A stretch of 64,000 nucleotides of DNA from positions 1,240,001 through 1,304,000 of the forward strand of contig VJWM01000068.1 of the NCBI GenBank assembly GCA_010909165.1, in the 5' to 3' direction. This DNA comes from Anthoceros angustus (taxonomy: Eukaryota > Plantae > Anthocerotophyta). Each line of letters opens with the position of its first letter. Within the stretch, counting starts at the first letter, position 1. Of the stretch, positions 62,206-64,000 are shown one piece after another. Made by a program: the position numbers and the translations under genes. Below the pieces are notes generated by a model, which was not told the DNA's origin, did not search any database, and worked only from the letters and a program-made list of their open reading frames with translations.

Positions 62206-64000
62206 AGCATGTGCAGAGATTATGGAAAACCACATGAAGAAATCTGGTTTGCCCACCCTGGTGAACCCATGGCCTCCTCCAGCCTACCTCCACATGCATA
62301 CATGCAAGATATGGTTTTCCAAGTATGCACTCGACTCGTACCCAAGTTTGGCAGTGAGATCATGAACTCGACGCCCAACAACCAAATCCTTCTTAGCTAT
62401 ACATAGTTTTAGTACAGCGTACAACAGAGACTGGGAAATGGCAGACTCTGTCTTCGCCAGCGATCCAACAGTATCAAAAGCTTCCCTGCTTACATAACGT
62501 GCTCACGATAACAAAAGTAACAACACCCATTGCCGATCTTGCACGCCTCCAGGTTTAGGCTTATCCGGGGAGCTGGACTCGGAAGGAGAGGCACCACGTC
62601 CCATCTGCAGATCCATGCACATGAGGTGCTCATCAACCCAAGCTAGCTTAAACATGGTGCTTAAGCACAGCACCTTGCCGGACCCCTTACGCCGGAAGTC
62701 GGGCGCTCTTCTTACCTCGTCCATTGCCCACCACAGGGTAGGGTCCAGAAAATTGCTGCCACAAGTGGCAACGACCGTAGCTGGAAAACTCGTCCCTACC
62801 CACACTTTCTCGGAAGTGGAAGTACTGGGCTCCTTACATTGATGCACCTGGAGGCTTTTCTTGCGAGGAGTCGACTCCCTAGGCTGAGGTTAGCAGGATC
62901 TCCTCGTAGAATCCCTGTACACACACTAATTTGTTGGGTCCCGCCTGAAAGCCAACGACCTGCAAAGAGAAGAAAAGAAGCTTCACCTTTCACTGTGGCC
63001 ATCGTTCAGGGACCGCCGTCGGAGGTGCTTGGACAGGACTAGGCCGCTCACAAACGCATCCTCTCTACGCGCACTAACCCACGGCCGCTACATCAGCCAG
63101 GCCAGGGTTGGTGGATTGACCTGGACGGTGAATGGCAGTGCAGACAAAGTTGTTGAACAGTGGGCAGTTAAGCTGTGCTCATGACATGGGAAATTGCTGC
63201 AGAAAAGCAAGGCTGGACTGCAGAATTGGGCTGAATTTGCTCGTGAACCAATCTCATTGTGCAGTCCTTGTATTCTTGAGTTGCTAGTGTGCCATGGGGA
63301 CACTGTTGTGAGATGGAATTATGTTCTGCAGCTTGTCTTCGTGGAACCCAAGCTGTGGCGGCCCAATGGGGTTGGTGCGCAAATCTATATCAAGTTGACA
63401 TTCTGGTGGAGGTTCGTGACTTTGGAGTGTCTGACTCTTGGAGTGGTCGGCATGGCTTCCGACAAATACATAGCTACATAAACCTCCTCAACGGTGAAAG
63501 GTGTTGTCACTCCTCAGAACTAAAGGAGCAACATTTAGGGTTCTTCCGGTTAAAATTTCATGTTGTACACTGTCTGGCGTTTGAGATCCAATGGGTGATT
63601 GTGTGACCACAAGAACCCGATTTGGGCATCAATTCAATTCCTCACTCTACCTGGGGCCACTACTACGTCCAGATCCAACTCGACAGCAATCTGGTGATCT
63701 ACAACGATGCCGGCACGCCATCTGGGCCTCCCAGACCAACTGGTATTAGCAAGAACCTGGAATCGGCCTGCTCAGCCTAATAGCCCATAGGAAGGTGTAC
63801 ACTTCCTCTACACAAACTTCCACTTCTGAATCAGTTCTTTCATCAGCATATACTCATCCGCATACACCCCTATCCGACTACCAAGCACTCACAGATTTTG
63901 CACCACCACTATTATTTGCCTACTCCGGCGTCCGCCATCGCTCCCTCCCGCATCCTCCGCAATCCCTCCCTCCCAAATCCTCGAACGCCCTCCCCCGTCG
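62206..64000. repeat. Further copy of the gene block (equals 1916-3741), including the bulb-lectin remnant at about 63452-63749
   Basis: Near-identical sequence with QLDSNLVIY present. The PPR gene is cut at 62206 and joined to unrelated GC-rich sequence. Confidence 0.95.

Overview
Nuclear DNA of a land plant, probably a seed-free lineage (inferred from PLS-type PPR genes, short GT-AG introns and the TE families). Dense small indels break almost every ORF, from either TE decay or an error-prone assembly. Both ends carry copies of one gene-rich block: PPR fragments, a bulb-type lectin remnant, a 2OG-Fe(II) dioxygenase, an intron-containing IMP4 fragment and an L-type lectin receptor kinase (about 1.9-13.2 kb, partly repeated at 55.7-60.8 kb and 62.2-64 kb). 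Between the copies lies a roughly 42-kb nest of transposons: Ty3/gypsy elements with a conserved extra ORF and a duplicated CACTA element; a pogo-like MITE lies at 61.2-61.9 kb. The most notable object is a 9.07-kb DNA transposon (21624-30692) inserted into a gypsy reverse transcriptase. It has 25-bp TIRs starting CAC(T/C)ATAATG and encodes a Sola-like DDD transposase on the + strand. On the - strand it carries a decayed prokaryote-type beta-class N6-adenine/N4-cytosine DNA methyltransferase that the ORF track shows only in pieces. All protein-family calls are by-eye motif recognition, not database searches.
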